64,000 nt of DNA. Origin: Vibrio sp. (GTDB taxonomy: Bacteria; Pseudomonadota; Gammaproteobacteria; Enterobacterales; Vibrionaceae). The notes beneath the pieces are model-generated. The model saw nothing but the letters and a program-made list of their open reading frames with translations. It was not told where the DNA came from and searched no databases. Shown piece by piece: positions 1-9,943 of the stretch (positions are counted from its first letter, which is position 1; each line of letters begins with the position of its first letter). The stretch is taken from assembly GCA_041587235.1 (NCBI GenBank), contig JBFGYW010000002.1:793-64792 (forward strand), given 5' to 3'. Both the position numbers and the translations under genes were made by a program.

Positions 1-853
1 CCGCGACAATTTGGGTCATTTCATCGAGTTCATCCCCGGACAGGCCACGCGGGTAACCACTGCCATCGAGTAATTCGTGATGTTGTTCAATAGCTCGAAT
101 GGCCTGAACCGGGAAAGCCTCCATCTCTTTACACATTTCAACGCCGTATTTCACGTGTAACTTTAAGTAGTTGAGCTCCGGCTGGGTTAACTCATCGCCT
201 TTTCTTAAAATCGCCGTGGGGATTTTCATTTTTCCCACATCGTGAAACAGCGCAGCAAGACACAAAGTCTCGAGCTGCGTTTTGTCGTAGTGCTTGGCGC
301 GGCCAATCAACAAAGAGACCACACAGACATTGAGGCTGTGAAAAAAGATGTCGTCGGTATCAATTTGATGATGAATTAAATGCAGGGTTAGATTCCCAGC
401 GACATCCAATTGCTCGACGATGTCGGCGGCTAAGCTTTGCGCCTCTAAAATGCCGTCTTGTGGTCGAAGTTTCATTTTTTGCATGGCCGAACGCATGCGT
501 GCGATTGAGCGACTAAATTCTTTTTCGCATTGTGAAACCCGTCGGCGATAGGTGCTGAGCTTTTCGATACGACGGTGTTTTTCTTGCCACATTTGTTCTG
601 ACAAGTCGAGCGGATTGTCAAATTTCGGGTTATCACGGCCCACCTCTATCGATGAGCTCGGCAAGGGGTCGCGGTCACTTTGTTCTGGATTAAAAAAAAC
701 GTATTTCAGACCGAGGTGGCGCAGTATAGCGATTTGCTCATCACTTTTAATTTTAAAGCTGTTTAGGATAAACGGGTGTTCATTCCATTTCAGTGGCAAC
801 CGTATGTGTAAACCTATGCACAATCTTTCGGTTAAAATTTTAATGCCTGCCAA
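1..853 (-). CDS. HD-GYP domain c-di-GMP phosphodiesterase with DUF3391-like N-terminus (C-terminal end cut by window edge)
   Basis: Absent from the ORF track because it runs off the window. My minus-strand translation gives LAGIKILTERLCIGLHIRLPLKWNEHPFILNSFKIK, then LFHDVGKMKIP (HD motif), then HHELLDGSGYPRGLSGDEL (GYP motif) at the edge. Start assigned to TTG at 851-853: there is an in-frame TAA just upstream and no ATG. Confidence 0.8.
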   Translation of the reverse strand, partial: MAGIKILTERLCIGLHIRLPLKWNEHPFILNSFKIKSDEQIAILRHLGLKYVFFNPEQSDRDPLPSSSIEVGRDNPKFDNPLDLSEQMWQEKHRRIEKLSTYRRRVSQCEKEFSRSIARMRSAMQKMKLRPQDGILEAQSLAADIVEQLDVAGNLTLHLIHHQIDTDDIFFHSLNVCVVSLLIGRAKHYDKTQLETLCLAALFHDVGKMKIPTAILRKGDELTQPELNYLKLHVKYGVEMCKEMEAFPVQAIRAIEQHHELLDGSGYPRGLSGDELDEMTQIVA

Positions 854-1144
854 AATAGACCTCTTGTTAAAACGGGGAAATTGCTTCTTAGTTTAAAATA
901 AACGATTACTGCGTTTTTGTCTTGCTTAATGAGTCAGACATTAATAAGCAATGTGTACTCCCCGATGCTCAGAGACATGGTGTTCCACCAATCTTTATTA
1001 ATGTTCGGTTGGTGTGGCGTTAAACTTTGGTTAGAGGCGATGAGCAGCAATTGACATCAATACGCTGACATTCAACACTGGCTGACATGCGGTTTTTAAC
1101 CAAAACCATGACCAGAGACAATTCAACTCTTTGAGAGGTTTATT

Positions 1145-1324
1145 ATGAAAAAAGTCATCTTTACATCGATCCTGGCATCGGCCTTTTTACTCTCGGGGTG
1201 TATGGGTCCTCCTAGAGGGCATGGACACGGCCACGGTCATTTTGCCCAAAATACCTCTGTGACCACCGGTAACCCCCAAGCCAATCCGTCTCATGCTTTG
1301 GCAACGGATGCGGTAAACGCATAA
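1145..1324 (+). CDS. small (59 aa) lipoprotein with His-Gly repeat
   Basis: ATG at 1145 is preceded by GAGAGG. Translation is MKKVIFTSILASAFLLSGCMGPPRGHGHGHGHFAQNTSVTTGNPQANPSHALATDAVNA. It has a signal peptide plus lipobox LSGC. It is below the 60-aa ORF-track cutoff. A stem-loop follows the stop. Confidence 0.55.
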   Translation: MKKVIFTSILASAFLLSGCMGPPRGHGHGHGHFAQNTSVTTGNPQANPSHALATDAVNA

Positions 1325-1342
1325 TACGATTTCAATCGTTCG

Positions 1343-1375
1343 CACTAGGTCTTTACCTTGGGTGAAGACCTAGTG
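1343..1375 (+). terminator. 11-bp stem-loop downstream of the small lipoprotein ORF (no clear U-tract)
   Basis: cactaggtctt (1343-1353) pairs with aagacctagtg (1365-1375) across an 11-nt loop. No T-run follows on either strand, so the terminator role is tentative. Confidence 0.35.
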
Positions 1376-1495
1376 GCAAAAATAAATGATCCAAAACAAA
1401 TCCCTCCTTCGTGATGCCAACTCAATGACGAATTTGGTTAGCCCGTCGTCCAGGTTATAATACCCAAACCACTCTCCTACCAATAAGCACACATA

Positions 1496-2380
1496 ATGAC
1501 CTGGGTTCTTTTTACATTTCTTGCCGCCTTTAGCCAGTCTTGGCGCAATGCGTTGCAAAGCCAACTAAGTCAGTCTTTGACCACGACTGGAGTCACCCTA
1601 GCGCGCTTTTTATGGGCCGCCCCCTTATCGCTAGCCTATTTAGGGGCACTCTATTTATTGACACCAGAGCACTTAGCACCTTTGCCTGCACTGGGAGAAG
1701 CGACGCTGCGCTACGTTGGTTTAGCCGCGCTCATGCAGATCCTGGCTACCGCGTTGATGGTGGTATTATTTAAACAGCAAAATTTTGCCGTTGGTGCCGG
1801 CCTTGCCAAAAACGAGGCCACGATTGCCGCGGTGATCGGCGTGCTATTTTTTGGGGTTCATCTTACTCTGGTAGGCTGGCTTGGTGTGCTGTTGGGCGGA
1901 GTGGCGGTCTTTTTGCTCAGTGCTCCACAAGGGATAAGAAAAGTATCACTCACCACCGCCTTACTCGGTTTGGCGTGCTCCACGGCCTTTGCTCTGACCT
2001 CTTTGTGGATACGAGAAGCCAGCCTGAGTTTAAACCTGCCCTATTTACTGAGCGCAGCCTGGGTGCTCGCGATGGTCATTAACGTGCAAACCACACTATT
2101 ACTCGGCTATTTGTTCTGCTTTGATCGCGAGGGGTTAAAGCGTGTCTTTGCCCACCCCAAACCGGTATTGCTCACCAGCATCGCCAGTTTTGTCGGTTCA
2201 TTTGGCTGGTTTAATGCGATGTCGCTACAAAGCGTGCCTTATGTAAAAACTCTCGGCCAAGTGGAAGTCTTCTTTACCATTTTGATTGCCCTTTACTGGC
2301 TAAAGCAACCGTTAAAGAAAAAAGAAGTGGGCGCATTATTGCTAATAGCCATTGCCGCCATCCTAGTGATGTGGCAATAG
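1496..2380 (+). CDS. DMT/EamA-family membrane transporter
   Basis: 294-aa ORF that is hydrophobic throughout, with about 10 predicted helices and a two-halves organisation typical of EamA proteins. Confidence 0.7.
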   Translation: MTWVLFTFLAAFSQSWRNALQSQLSQSLTTTGVTLARFLWAAPLSLAYLGALYLLTPEHLAPLPALGEATLRYVGLAALMQILATALMVVLFKQQNFAVGAGLAKNEATIAAVIGVLFFGVHLTLVGWLGVLLGGVAVFLLSAPQGIRKVSLTTALLGLACSTAFALTSLWIREASLSLNLPYLLSAAWVLAMVINVQTTLLLGYLFCFDREGLKRVFAHPKPVLLTSIASFVGSFGWFNAMSLQSVPYVKTLGQVEVFFTILIALYWLKQPLKKKEVGALLLIAIAAILVMWQ

Positions 2381-2412
2381 TCGGCATTTACCCCTCACTC
2401 GCCCCGCTTTCG

Positions 2413-3858
2413 TTATTGATGCGATTGAGCAATGGCGACGAACGCCTCTTCGACCTGTAAAAAGGCATCGACGACCTCGGGGTCAAAATGCTGATTACGG
2501 CCTTCGATTATGATGGCTTTGGCTTTGTCATGACTAAAGGCGGGCTTGTAAACCCGTTGACTGGTCAAAGCATCATAGACATCGGCCAATGCCATCAAAC
2601 GCCCTGATAATGGAATCGTCTCACCGCTGAGTTGATTGGGGTAACCGCTGCCATCCCACTTTTCGTGATGAGTTAAGGCAATCTCACCCGCAAGATCAAG
2701 AAAAGAACATTCCCCTAAACGCTGTTGAGCTATCGCTAACGTATCCGCGCCAATTTGTGCATGGGTTTTCATCACGGCAAATTCTTGATCGGTCAATTTG
2801 CCCGGCTTTAACAAGATCTCATCGGGAATCCCCACTTTACCGACATCGTGTAACGGCGCCGATTTGTACAATAAATCGATGTAATCTTCTGTTAATTTTG
2901 TTTGGTATTTCGGTTGTTGCGCTAGATTTTTTGCCAACACTCTCACGTACTCTTGCGTGCGTAAGATGTGCGCGCCGGTTTCATTATCTCGAGATTCCGC
3001 CAGTGCCGACAAAGAGATAATCGTCGCATCACGCGTACTTTGTATTTCTTGATGTGAGTGCTCAAGCGCATCTAGCATGGTATTGGTTAACGAGGCGACT
3101 TGGCCCAATTCATCGTTAAAGTAAATCGGTACTCGTAAGTCCATTTTACCCGTGGCAATGTGCCGCAGCGCCGATTCGTGCCCATTGAGAACGGCTTTCA
3201 TCAGTTGACTCCACTGATACAAGATATAACTCGAGTAGCCAGCGACCACCATACCAATAAAGACAAACTCTTTGATCACGGAAATGGTGCCACTATAGCC
3301 CACTAAGTGCTCTGGATTGTGTTTTAACCAGAAAACATCCTTGACGGCGACTAAGGTCAACGACGCGGTGAGGGCCGCAATTAAAAACACCACCAATAAA
3401 ATGGCCTGTTTGACGATCGATTGTCTCTGAGCCATCGAGTCCACCGACAGAGTCTGTTCGCCTTGTTGAATCTGGTTAATGTCGGCCAAGCGTTTATCAA
3501 GCTCGAGAATCAAGCCGGTTAAAAAGCCAAATAACGACATACCAAAAATTACTTTGGCATTACTGTCTATCGGAAAGGTATAGTTGAGTGCGTAAAACGC
3601 GGCGAAAGGCAAACTGAATAAGAAAAATAGCCCAGTATCAAGAACGATAGTCGATGGTATTCTCTCGGTCAGAGAACGGGTCGACAAATAATGGCGCGTT
3701 ATCCACATTAACAAAAACACCACACCAGAATGGCTAAACACCTCCCAAAAGCTTAATGTCGCCAGCATAGGGCAAACTCGGCCGCCATAGACAGCAAAAA
3801 TAATCCCTGCGAGCAAATAACATTTCGCAGTGAGGCCCGCTCGATAGTGAATACGCAT
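2413..3858 (-). CDS. membrane-anchored HAMP / HD-GYP c-di-GMP phosphodiesterase
   Basis: The ORF contains LHDVGKVGIP (HD), HHEKWDGSGYPNQLSGE (GYP) and N-terminal TM helices. Start trimmed to the ATG at 3858 (MRIHYR), which is preceded by AAGGATAAAG. Confidence 0.85.
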   Translation of the reverse strand: MRIHYRAGLTAKCYLLAGIIFAVYGGRVCPMLATLSFWEVFSHSGVVFLLMWITRHYLSTRSLTERIPSTIVLDTGLFFLFSLPFAAFYALNYTFPIDSNAKVIFGMSLFGFLTGLILELDKRLADINQIQQGEQTLSVDSMAQRQSIVKQAILLVVFLIAALTASLTLVAVKDVFWLKHNPEHLVGYSGTISVIKEFVFIGMVVAGYSSYILYQWSQLMKAVLNGHESALRHIATGKMDLRVPIYFNDELGQVASLTNTMLDALEHSHQEIQSTRDATIISLSALAESRDNETGAHILRTQEYVRVLAKNLAQQPKYQTKLTEDYIDLLYKSAPLHDVGKVGIPDEILLKPGKLTDQEFAVMKTHAQIGADTLAIAQQRLGECSFLDLAGEIALTHHEKWDGSGYPNQLSGETIPLSGRLMALADVYDALTSQRVYKPAFSHDKAKAIIIEGRNQHFDPEVVDAFLQVEEAFVAIAQSHQ

Positions 3859-4031
3859 CTTTATCCTTATTCGATACCTTGTAGGAAGCCACCTTGTCAC
3901 AACTCTGGTATACAACAGAGAGTGAACCTAGGTATTGGCGAGATAAGATTACTATAGAACAAAGTGATGAATAAATACGAACAAATCGCTCATAATTGCC
4001 AATAAATAACAAGAAACTCAATAGAAGAATA

Positions 4032-4057
4032 TAAAAAAGAGAGGCGGATGCCTCTCT
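4032..4057 (-). terminator. rho-independent terminator after metQ
   Basis: On the minus strand the sequence reads agagagg-catccg-cctctct followed by a T-run. Confidence 0.6.
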
Positions 4058-4106
4058 TATATGGTTTGTTGCACTCTAAACGCAACGTCAAGACCGTTAA
4101 ATCGAA

Positions 4107-4913
4107 TTAGAACGCCGCTTCGATCGTGCCTTCAAAAGTCTTATCAATGAAGTTTTTTACCGCTTCTGATTGGTAGATGTCGACAAACTTTTGGTAATCT
4201 GGATTGTCTTGATCTTTTGCTCGCGCGGCAATCACCATGACCGCGAGTGGAGCGTCTTTCGATTCAAGGTAAATACCTTGTTTTTTCGGATCCAGACCCG
4301 CCGACATCACATAATTCATCGTGATTGCCGCCGCATCAACATCATCAAGGCTTCTTGGTAATTGCGCTGCATCGATTTCCAAGATTTTTAGGTTTTTCGG
4401 GTTGTCGACAATGTCTTGTAAAGTCGCGTTAAACCCGGCGCCGTCTTGTAATGTGATTAAACCCGCATCTCGTAGCAAGAGTAAACCGCGTCCGCCATTG
4501 GTGGGGTCGTTGGGAATGGCCACGCGTGCGCCTTCAGGTAAGTCAGCCACCGAACGGTACTTGTCAGAGTAAATCCCCATTCTCATCAAAATCGATTGAC
4601 CAAGAGAGACAAGGTCAGAGCCATTGTTTTTGTTGTAGGTATCGAGGAAAGGTTGGTGTTGATAACTGTTGAGGTCGATACTGCCATCTTCTAGCGCCGC
4701 ATCTGGGGTAATATAATCTGAAAATTCAACCAACTCGACCTTGAGCCCTTGTTTCGCTGCTTCTTTCGCCGCAGCCTCCACTACTTGCGCGTGTGGTCCA
4801 ACCGTTGCGCCCACTTTTAATGTGGTTTCTTTTTGCTCGCCACAGCCCGCTAAAGCCAAAGCCGCGCCCAAAACGACACTGGCAAGGCGCCAGCGCGATG
4901 TAATTCCTTGCAT
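4107..4913 (-). CDS. metQ: MetQ/NlpA-family methionine-binding lipoprotein
   Basis: 268 aa with signal peptide and lipobox LAGCGEQ. The sequence is MetQ-like throughout (KVGATVGPHAQVVE..., YQHQPFLD, NDPTNGGRGLLLL). No metN or metI lies adjacent. Confidence 0.85.
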   Translation of the reverse strand: MQGITSRWRLASVVLGAALALAGCGEQKETTLKVGATVGPHAQVVEAAAKEAAKQGLKVELVEFSDYITPDAALEDGSIDLNSYQHQPFLDTYNKNNGSDLVSLGQSILMRMGIYSDKYRSVADLPEGARVAIPNDPTNGGRGLLLLRDAGLITLQDGAGFNATLQDIVDNPKNLKILEIDAAQLPRSLDDVDAAAITMNYVMSAGLDPKKQGIYLESKDAPLAVMVIAARAKDQDNPDYQKFVDIYQSEAVKNFIDKTFEGTIEAAF

Positions 4914-5013
4914 GTATTTTTCTCCATAATCAGTTAGGTGGGTAGTATAAAGAGAAAGCTATCGACAACACAAGCAACCGGCATCGTCAATCGACAAAAG
5001 GCGTAGCACAGAT

Positions 5014-5055
5014 AAAAAAATCCCCCACCAAAGACCTATGCGCCGCTGTGGGGGA
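5014..5055 (-). terminator. putative terminator after the 5117-5638 gene
   Basis: tcccccac (5021-5028) pairs with gtggggga (5048-5055). On the minus strand the stem is followed by TTTTTTT. The loop is long (19 nt). Confidence 0.45.
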
Positions 5056-5116
5056 GTACTTATCTGATTACGTGAGGATTGACCGGCTCACGTTCAAATC
5101 ATGAAGAATAATGGCG

Positions 5117-5638
5117 CTAATAGACGCCCATCTCCACGACCGTTTTCGCCAGTGGTTGGTCACCTTGAAGTGCGGTAATGGTGACATAATAGTGGTGCTT
5201 TTTACCGCCAGAGCACGGTGGCATATAGGCGCCCGCTTTGTCCCAATTGGGAGAGCGCTGCGCTTCGACGAGCTTAAAACCGGCTGGCAAATCAAAAGAA
5301 TGGCCTGGAATAGACGCAATGGTGACTGAGTGCGCATTGTTTTTGATACTGTAGTTCACTTGACCATGACCGCCGTGATTCATTTTTTCTGAATCTCGGT
5401 CACTAAAGGCCAATAAAACACTATCAGTGCCTGCCGGTACGTGATCCAGCTTCAAACGAGGACTCTTCGGCGCTTGTCCACCAAACTTTTGACATTGTTC
5501 AAGCGCAGGGACCACTTTGCCGTCCCAAGCCGGATCAGCCAAACTGGCGTGAAACCCGGCCGCGTTGACCGAAAATGCAGCCAAGACACTGGCTGTTCCC
5601 AACGCTGCTCCCAACATAGATAGCGTATTTAATCTCAT
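5117..5638 (-). CDS. secreted hypothetical protein (173 aa)
   Basis: Clear signal peptide (MRLNTLSMLGAALGTASVLAAFSVNA-AG). I recognise no family with confidence. Confidence 0.6.
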   Translation of the reverse strand: MRLNTLSMLGAALGTASVLAAFSVNAAGFHASLADPAWDGKVVPALEQCQKFGGQAPKSPRLKLDHVPAGTDSVLLAFSDRDSEKMNHGGHGQVNYSIKNNAHSVTIASIPGHSFDLPAGFKLVEAQRSPNWDKAGAYMPPCSGGKKHHYYVTITALQGDQPLAKTVVEMGVY

Positions 5639-5702
5639 ATTTTTTCCTTAAAGTATGATGAATACCCATTACTCGATGAATGGTTAACAATACCGAAGCG
5701 AT

Positions 5703-7982
5703 TTATTCCACATCGAGTACATAACCAAATTGTTCGATCGGCACCGGTTTGTGAAAGTAATGACCTTGATAACGATGGACTTTGTGCTTTTGCAATCTGA
5801 CTAATTGCTCCGCCGTTTCAACACCTTCGATGACGGTATCAATATTAAAGTGTTTCGCCAAGTCAATAATTGCTTTGACCAACTGATACGCCTTTTCATC
5901 GTTTGAAAGATCGCTGATAAAGCTCTTGTCGACTTTGAGTTCATCGACCGGGAGTTGTCGCAAATAGCCTAGCGACGAGTAACCCGTACCAAAATCGTCG
6001 AGTGAAATACGCATACCATAGGATTTGAGCTGAGACAATTTGTCGCACGCGTCCTCGATATCTTGAATCAGCACCGATTCCGTCACTTCAATGGTCAACT
6101 TGCTGCGATCAAATTGGTAATTAGAAATTATAGATAAGATCTGTTCGGTAAATTGACTTTGCCACAATTGCTTCGCGCTGAGGTTAATCGACAAAGAGAG
6201 GTGCTGGGTTTCTCGGTTTTGTTGCCAACACTCTAACTGCTCACAAACCAAAGACAGCACGTACTCACCTAAGGCGACACCCCAATTGCTCTCTTCGACC
6301 ACCGACATGAACTGATCCGGGGCAATCAAGCCAAGCGTGGGGTGTTGCCAACGAATCAGCGCTTCTGCACCGACAATCCGGTAACTCGTGTCGACTATAG
6401 GTTGCATGTACAAACAAAACTGCCTGTCTTGTAACGCTTCTTTGATGCTGTGGTGAAAATGGGTTTGCGTACGCATTTCATCTTGCATTTTTGTGTCAAA
6501 AACAACCACTTGGTTTCCACCTAAATGTTTTGCACGATACACCGCCATATCCGCCGACTGCAGTAATTGCTCTTCCGGTAATCCGTATTGAAAAATCACC
6601 CCTCCAACACTGGTCGAAATAGCATAATTGACCTTACTGTTTTGCACGGCACAATATAAATCAAACGGATGGCTGATCACCTCGATCAAGCGCTGGGCAT
6701 AACGCTTGGCTTGTTGGTAAGCCATTTGTTGCTCTTGATCTAAGTTCGGTAAAATGATCACAAATTCATCACCGCCGAACCTGGCTACCGTACCGCCGAG
6801 CATTTGCACGCTCTTCAAGCGCTCTGCCACCGCACTGAGTAAGCAATCGCCCATCGAATGACCATAGCTGTCGTTAAGCAATTTGAAGCGGTCGAGATCC
6901 AAAAAGAATAAGGCTGCATACGTACCGCGCTTTTGATTCAACATCAAATTGGCCTTGATATCATTGAGTAAGTGAGCGCGATTTTTTAATCCGGTCAGCG
7001 AATCGTAATAAGCCAATTGGTAAATTTTATCTTGGTTTTTCTTTTCTTCGGTAATATCCAACACAATGCCGACAATCACTTTCGGGTTGCCATCTTGATC
7101 GTACTCTGAAATTTTGGCTCGATCCCAAATCCAAACCACATCGCCATTGGTATGTGTGATGCGAAACTCGATATTGTAAGATTCTTTTTGTTCTGTAAGT
7201 CGGTCGAGCGCGCTGTAAACAATGTGTTTGTCTTCCTCAACAATACACTGTTCAAACTGTTCAAATTCAAGCATTTGTTCAATGCCGCAAATCTCGGCCC
7301 ACTTTTGATTGTGATAAATATCACCGGTCTGTGCATCCCATTCCCACAGCCCCTCATCTGAGACTTCTAACACGTGCTCTAAACGGTTTTTATTGCGTTC
7401 GGATTGTTCTTTGAGTTCGATAATATCGGTAATGTCTTTGGCAAAAATTAAGATATTGAGCTCGTGATTGTGATCGTAGAACGGGATCTTCAATGATTTG
7501 AAGTGCCTGATCTCCCCGGTGTTGACATCAGTGGAAGATTCAATGACTTCTTCGCTTTTAAAACGACGCATAATATTTTGCGCGCTTTGCGTAAAAAAAT
7601 CACACTGCTCTTTATTACCGGTAAAAGCATAGTCGTTTTTGCCCACCATCTCACTGGGCTGACATTGGTACAAATCCGCCACCGACTGGTTGCAATAAAC
7701 AAAATTACCGTCAAAGTCCTTCACCACGATCACATCAGAAATGCTGTTAACCAAAGCGTCCATCACCTTCATCTTGCGGTTCACTTTATTGGTGAAAGCA
7801 GACAAGAAAACAAACAGCCCCATTGCAATCAAGGCAAAGACCACCAAGAGTTGAACGGGAAACAAGCCCGAACCAACCAGCACGCTCACTAAGGCAGCCG
7901 CGCCGGTGATTGCCGCCGCAGCCATCAATGCAATCACCAATAACCACTTTACGCTTAATATGATTCCGTCAAACACAGACAT
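5703..7982 (-). CDS. membrane PAS-PAS-GGDEF-EAL c-di-GMP signalling protein
   Basis: Contains RFGGDEFVIIL (GGDEF), EALIRWQHP (EAL), DDFGTGYSSL and two PAS-like segments after the N-terminal TM helices. Start set to the ATG at 7982; the TTG at 7994 is the alternative. Confidence 0.9.
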   Translation of the reverse strand: MSVFDGIILSVKWLLVIALMAAAAITGAAALVSVLVGSGLFPVQLLVVFALIAMGLFVFLSAFTNKVNRKMKVMDALVNSISDVIVVKDFDGNFVYCNQSVADLYQCQPSEMVGKNDYAFTGNKEQCDFFTQSAQNIMRRFKSEEVIESSTDVNTGEIRHFKSLKIPFYDHNHELNILIFAKDITDIIELKEQSERNKNRLEHVLEVSDEGLWEWDAQTGDIYHNQKWAEICGIEQMLEFEQFEQCIVEEDKHIVYSALDRLTEQKESYNIEFRITHTNGDVVWIWDRAKISEYDQDGNPKVIVGIVLDITEEKKNQDKIYQLAYYDSLTGLKNRAHLLNDIKANLMLNQKRGTYAALFFLDLDRFKLLNDSYGHSMGDCLLSAVAERLKSVQMLGGTVARFGGDEFVIILPNLDQEQQMAYQQAKRYAQRLIEVISHPFDLYCAVQNSKVNYAISTSVGGVIFQYGLPEEQLLQSADMAVYRAKHLGGNQVVVFDTKMQDEMRTQTHFHHSIKEALQDRQFCLYMQPIVDTSYRIVGAEALIRWQHPTLGLIAPDQFMSVVEESNWGVALGEYVLSLVCEQLECWQQNRETQHLSLSINLSAKQLWQSQFTEQILSIISNYQFDRSKLTIEVTESVLIQDIEDACDKLSQLKSYGMRISLDDFGTGYSSLGYLRQLPVDELKVDKSFISDLSNDEKAYQLVKAIIDLAKHFNIDTVIEGVETAEQLVRLQKHKVHRYQGHYFHKPVPIEQFGYVLDVE

Positions 7983-8431
7983 GTCCTTAAACAAGAGAGA
8001 TACAACTCCAAAATACTAATCTCACGACATAGCGGGTCAATCTAGCGGATTAAAAAGCTCGACACCACAATTAAAAAAATTTATATAATAATGAGTTAGG
8101 CTATTTATTTATAAGAAAAAAGCTCACCTTGTTAACCGCTCTTTTTTGGGCCTATCACCAAGGTAATGGCTCACGATAAACCACCGCGAAAGCCTCTCGA
8201 TGCTCAACTGACTGGTCGCGCTTGTCAAAGCCCTCTCTTTGTCAGTACATACATACTTGGTCGTATCAAATAATAGTATAGAATACGGTATTATATTGGC
8301 AGGATTATGAAGGTGAAAAGCGTGACCGAGGTTTTGTATTTTGTCGTATAACAAAAAATAATAACAAAACGAACAATAGCGTTACGTTGCTCAGCAAGGA
8401 AAAGTGAATACTGACTGACAACCGGTGTGCA

Positions 8432-9781
8432 TCACGGTGAACTCAACACACCTTGAGCAGGCGCGGTGCGTATGGCACGGCGCATCAAGAAAATAAATGG
8501 CACAATTTTGAGTACGTCTTCACAGACAAAAATCGCAAACGCCCAAAATACCGGGACGTCAGTATAAAGCACCACCAGCGTACAAAGCGGTAATGCCACA
8601 CACCATTGACCGATAAAGTGAACCCGAAACACCCATTTCGCGTGACCTAACGCGCGTAAAATATGCCCTTGTGACGTATTGTAGACACGAGCGAGTGGCA
8701 AGAGAATATAAAGTGGTGCCAATACCATTAAATGGCGTTGGGTCTCAGCTTCTAAATCGGGATACAACAATGGGAACAAAGCACTTAACAGCACAAAAAA
8801 GCCCACACTTAAGCACGCAATCCACATTGACCCTTTTAATAATAATCGGGTCTCCAATGCCAACCAAGACCAACGGCCGGCGCCGAGACGCTGACTCAGA
8901 CAGATAGCCGAGGCTTGTGCCCACGCCGTGCCGACTTGATTGCCAATGCGAACCCAGGGAAATAACAAACTGATGGCGACATAGGCAGTTAAAGGGAGTT
9001 GAGAATAGATCAATTGATACGCCGACATTCCCATCGAGAGCAAAGTCACATTGGCCGCGATAGAGTAGATGTACAACCAATGCTGATAGAGCAAATCCCA
9101 CCCAGGAAAGGTGAGCGTCACCTGGGTAATGTTCGCACTCTGACAGCGCCAAACAAGATACAAAGCGCGCAGGACGATGGCGACCAGACTGCCCAGTGCC
9201 GCCCCCGATACGCCCATCCCCGTCCACGACAAGGCGCCGTGAATAAGAAAATAACTGGCAATGGCGTTGATGGGCATTTCCAATAAATAGCCATAAAGCG
9301 AAATTTTGGTTTTGCCATCGGCGTTAAACAGCGCGAGCAGCACTTGAGTCAGCGCATTCAACAACAACAAATATTGACCTAGGGCTAAGTAATCAAGCGC
9401 CTGTTCGATGACTCGACTCTCCTGGGTCAATTGCCTCACCAGCCAAGGACCAAACAACATCATACCCAGCAGGAAACACACGCCACTGGCAAGGTTAATC
9501 CACAGCGCCGATGTGAAGTGTTGTTCGAGTTGCTTTTTGTTTTTCGCTCCGATCGCGCGACTAAACAGCAGTTGGCTGCCATTGGCCAACGCCATTTGCG
9601 TGCCAAAACAAAAGGCAACTAACGTTGTGGCGATCCCCAGTGCGGCTAAAGACGCTTCTCCTAATGGTGAGATCAATAACGCATCCACCATTAGCATGGA
9701 TTGCATTAACAACGCATTGATGGCGAGAGGCCAAGCGATGTGCAGGTTTTTCTTTACCGCACGAGAAGATAAATAGCGCAT
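8432..9781 (-). CDS. MATE-family efflux transporter
   Basis: 12-TM-like hydrophobic ORF with a MATE-type N-terminus (HIAWPLAINALLMQSMLMVDALLISPLG). Start trimmed to MRYLSS; this is uncertain. Confidence 0.75.
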   Translation of the reverse strand: MRYLSSRAVKKNLHIAWPLAINALLMQSMLMVDALLISPLGEASLAALGIATTLVAFCFGTQMALANGSQLLFSRAIGAKNKKQLEQHFTSALWINLASGVCFLLGMMLFGPWLVRQLTQESRVIEQALDYLALGQYLLLLNALTQVLLALFNADGKTKISLYGYLLEMPINAIASYFLIHGALSWTGMGVSGAALGSLVAIVLRALYLVWRCQSANITQVTLTFPGWDLLYQHWLYIYSIAANVTLLSMGMSAYQLIYSQLPLTAYVAISLLFPWVRIGNQVGTAWAQASAICLSQRLGAGRWSWLALETRLLLKGSMWIACLSVGFFVLLSALFPLLYPDLEAETQRHLMVLAPLYILLPLARVYNTSQGHILRALGHAKWVFRVHFIGQWCVALPLCTLVVLYTDVPVFWAFAIFVCEDVLKIVPFIFLMRRAIRTAPAQGVLSSP

Positions 9782-9943
9782 CACAGTCGTCCGCGACAAA
9801 CTCAACAAGTAAAAAACCGCTGTCGACACAGACAGGTAGACAGCGGTTAAAGGAAAGTCATTGGCAATGATTCACTCATCTTCATTGCCCTATCCATTGA
9901 TAATGACTCATGGATAGTGACTAGGGCTAATGGAGGATTGCGC

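Noticed and set aside
8124-8354. 76-aa ORF in the GGDEF-EAL / MATE intergenic region
   Set aside because: No RBS, no recognisable features, and an AT-rich promoter-like context. It is treated as non-coding, although a small protein cannot be excluded.
9889-9916. Inverted repeat ctatccat-N12-atggatag downstream of the oligoalginate lyase gene
   Set aside because: No U-tract follows on the relevant (minus) strand and the stem is AT-rich and short, so I could not support it as a terminator or binding site.
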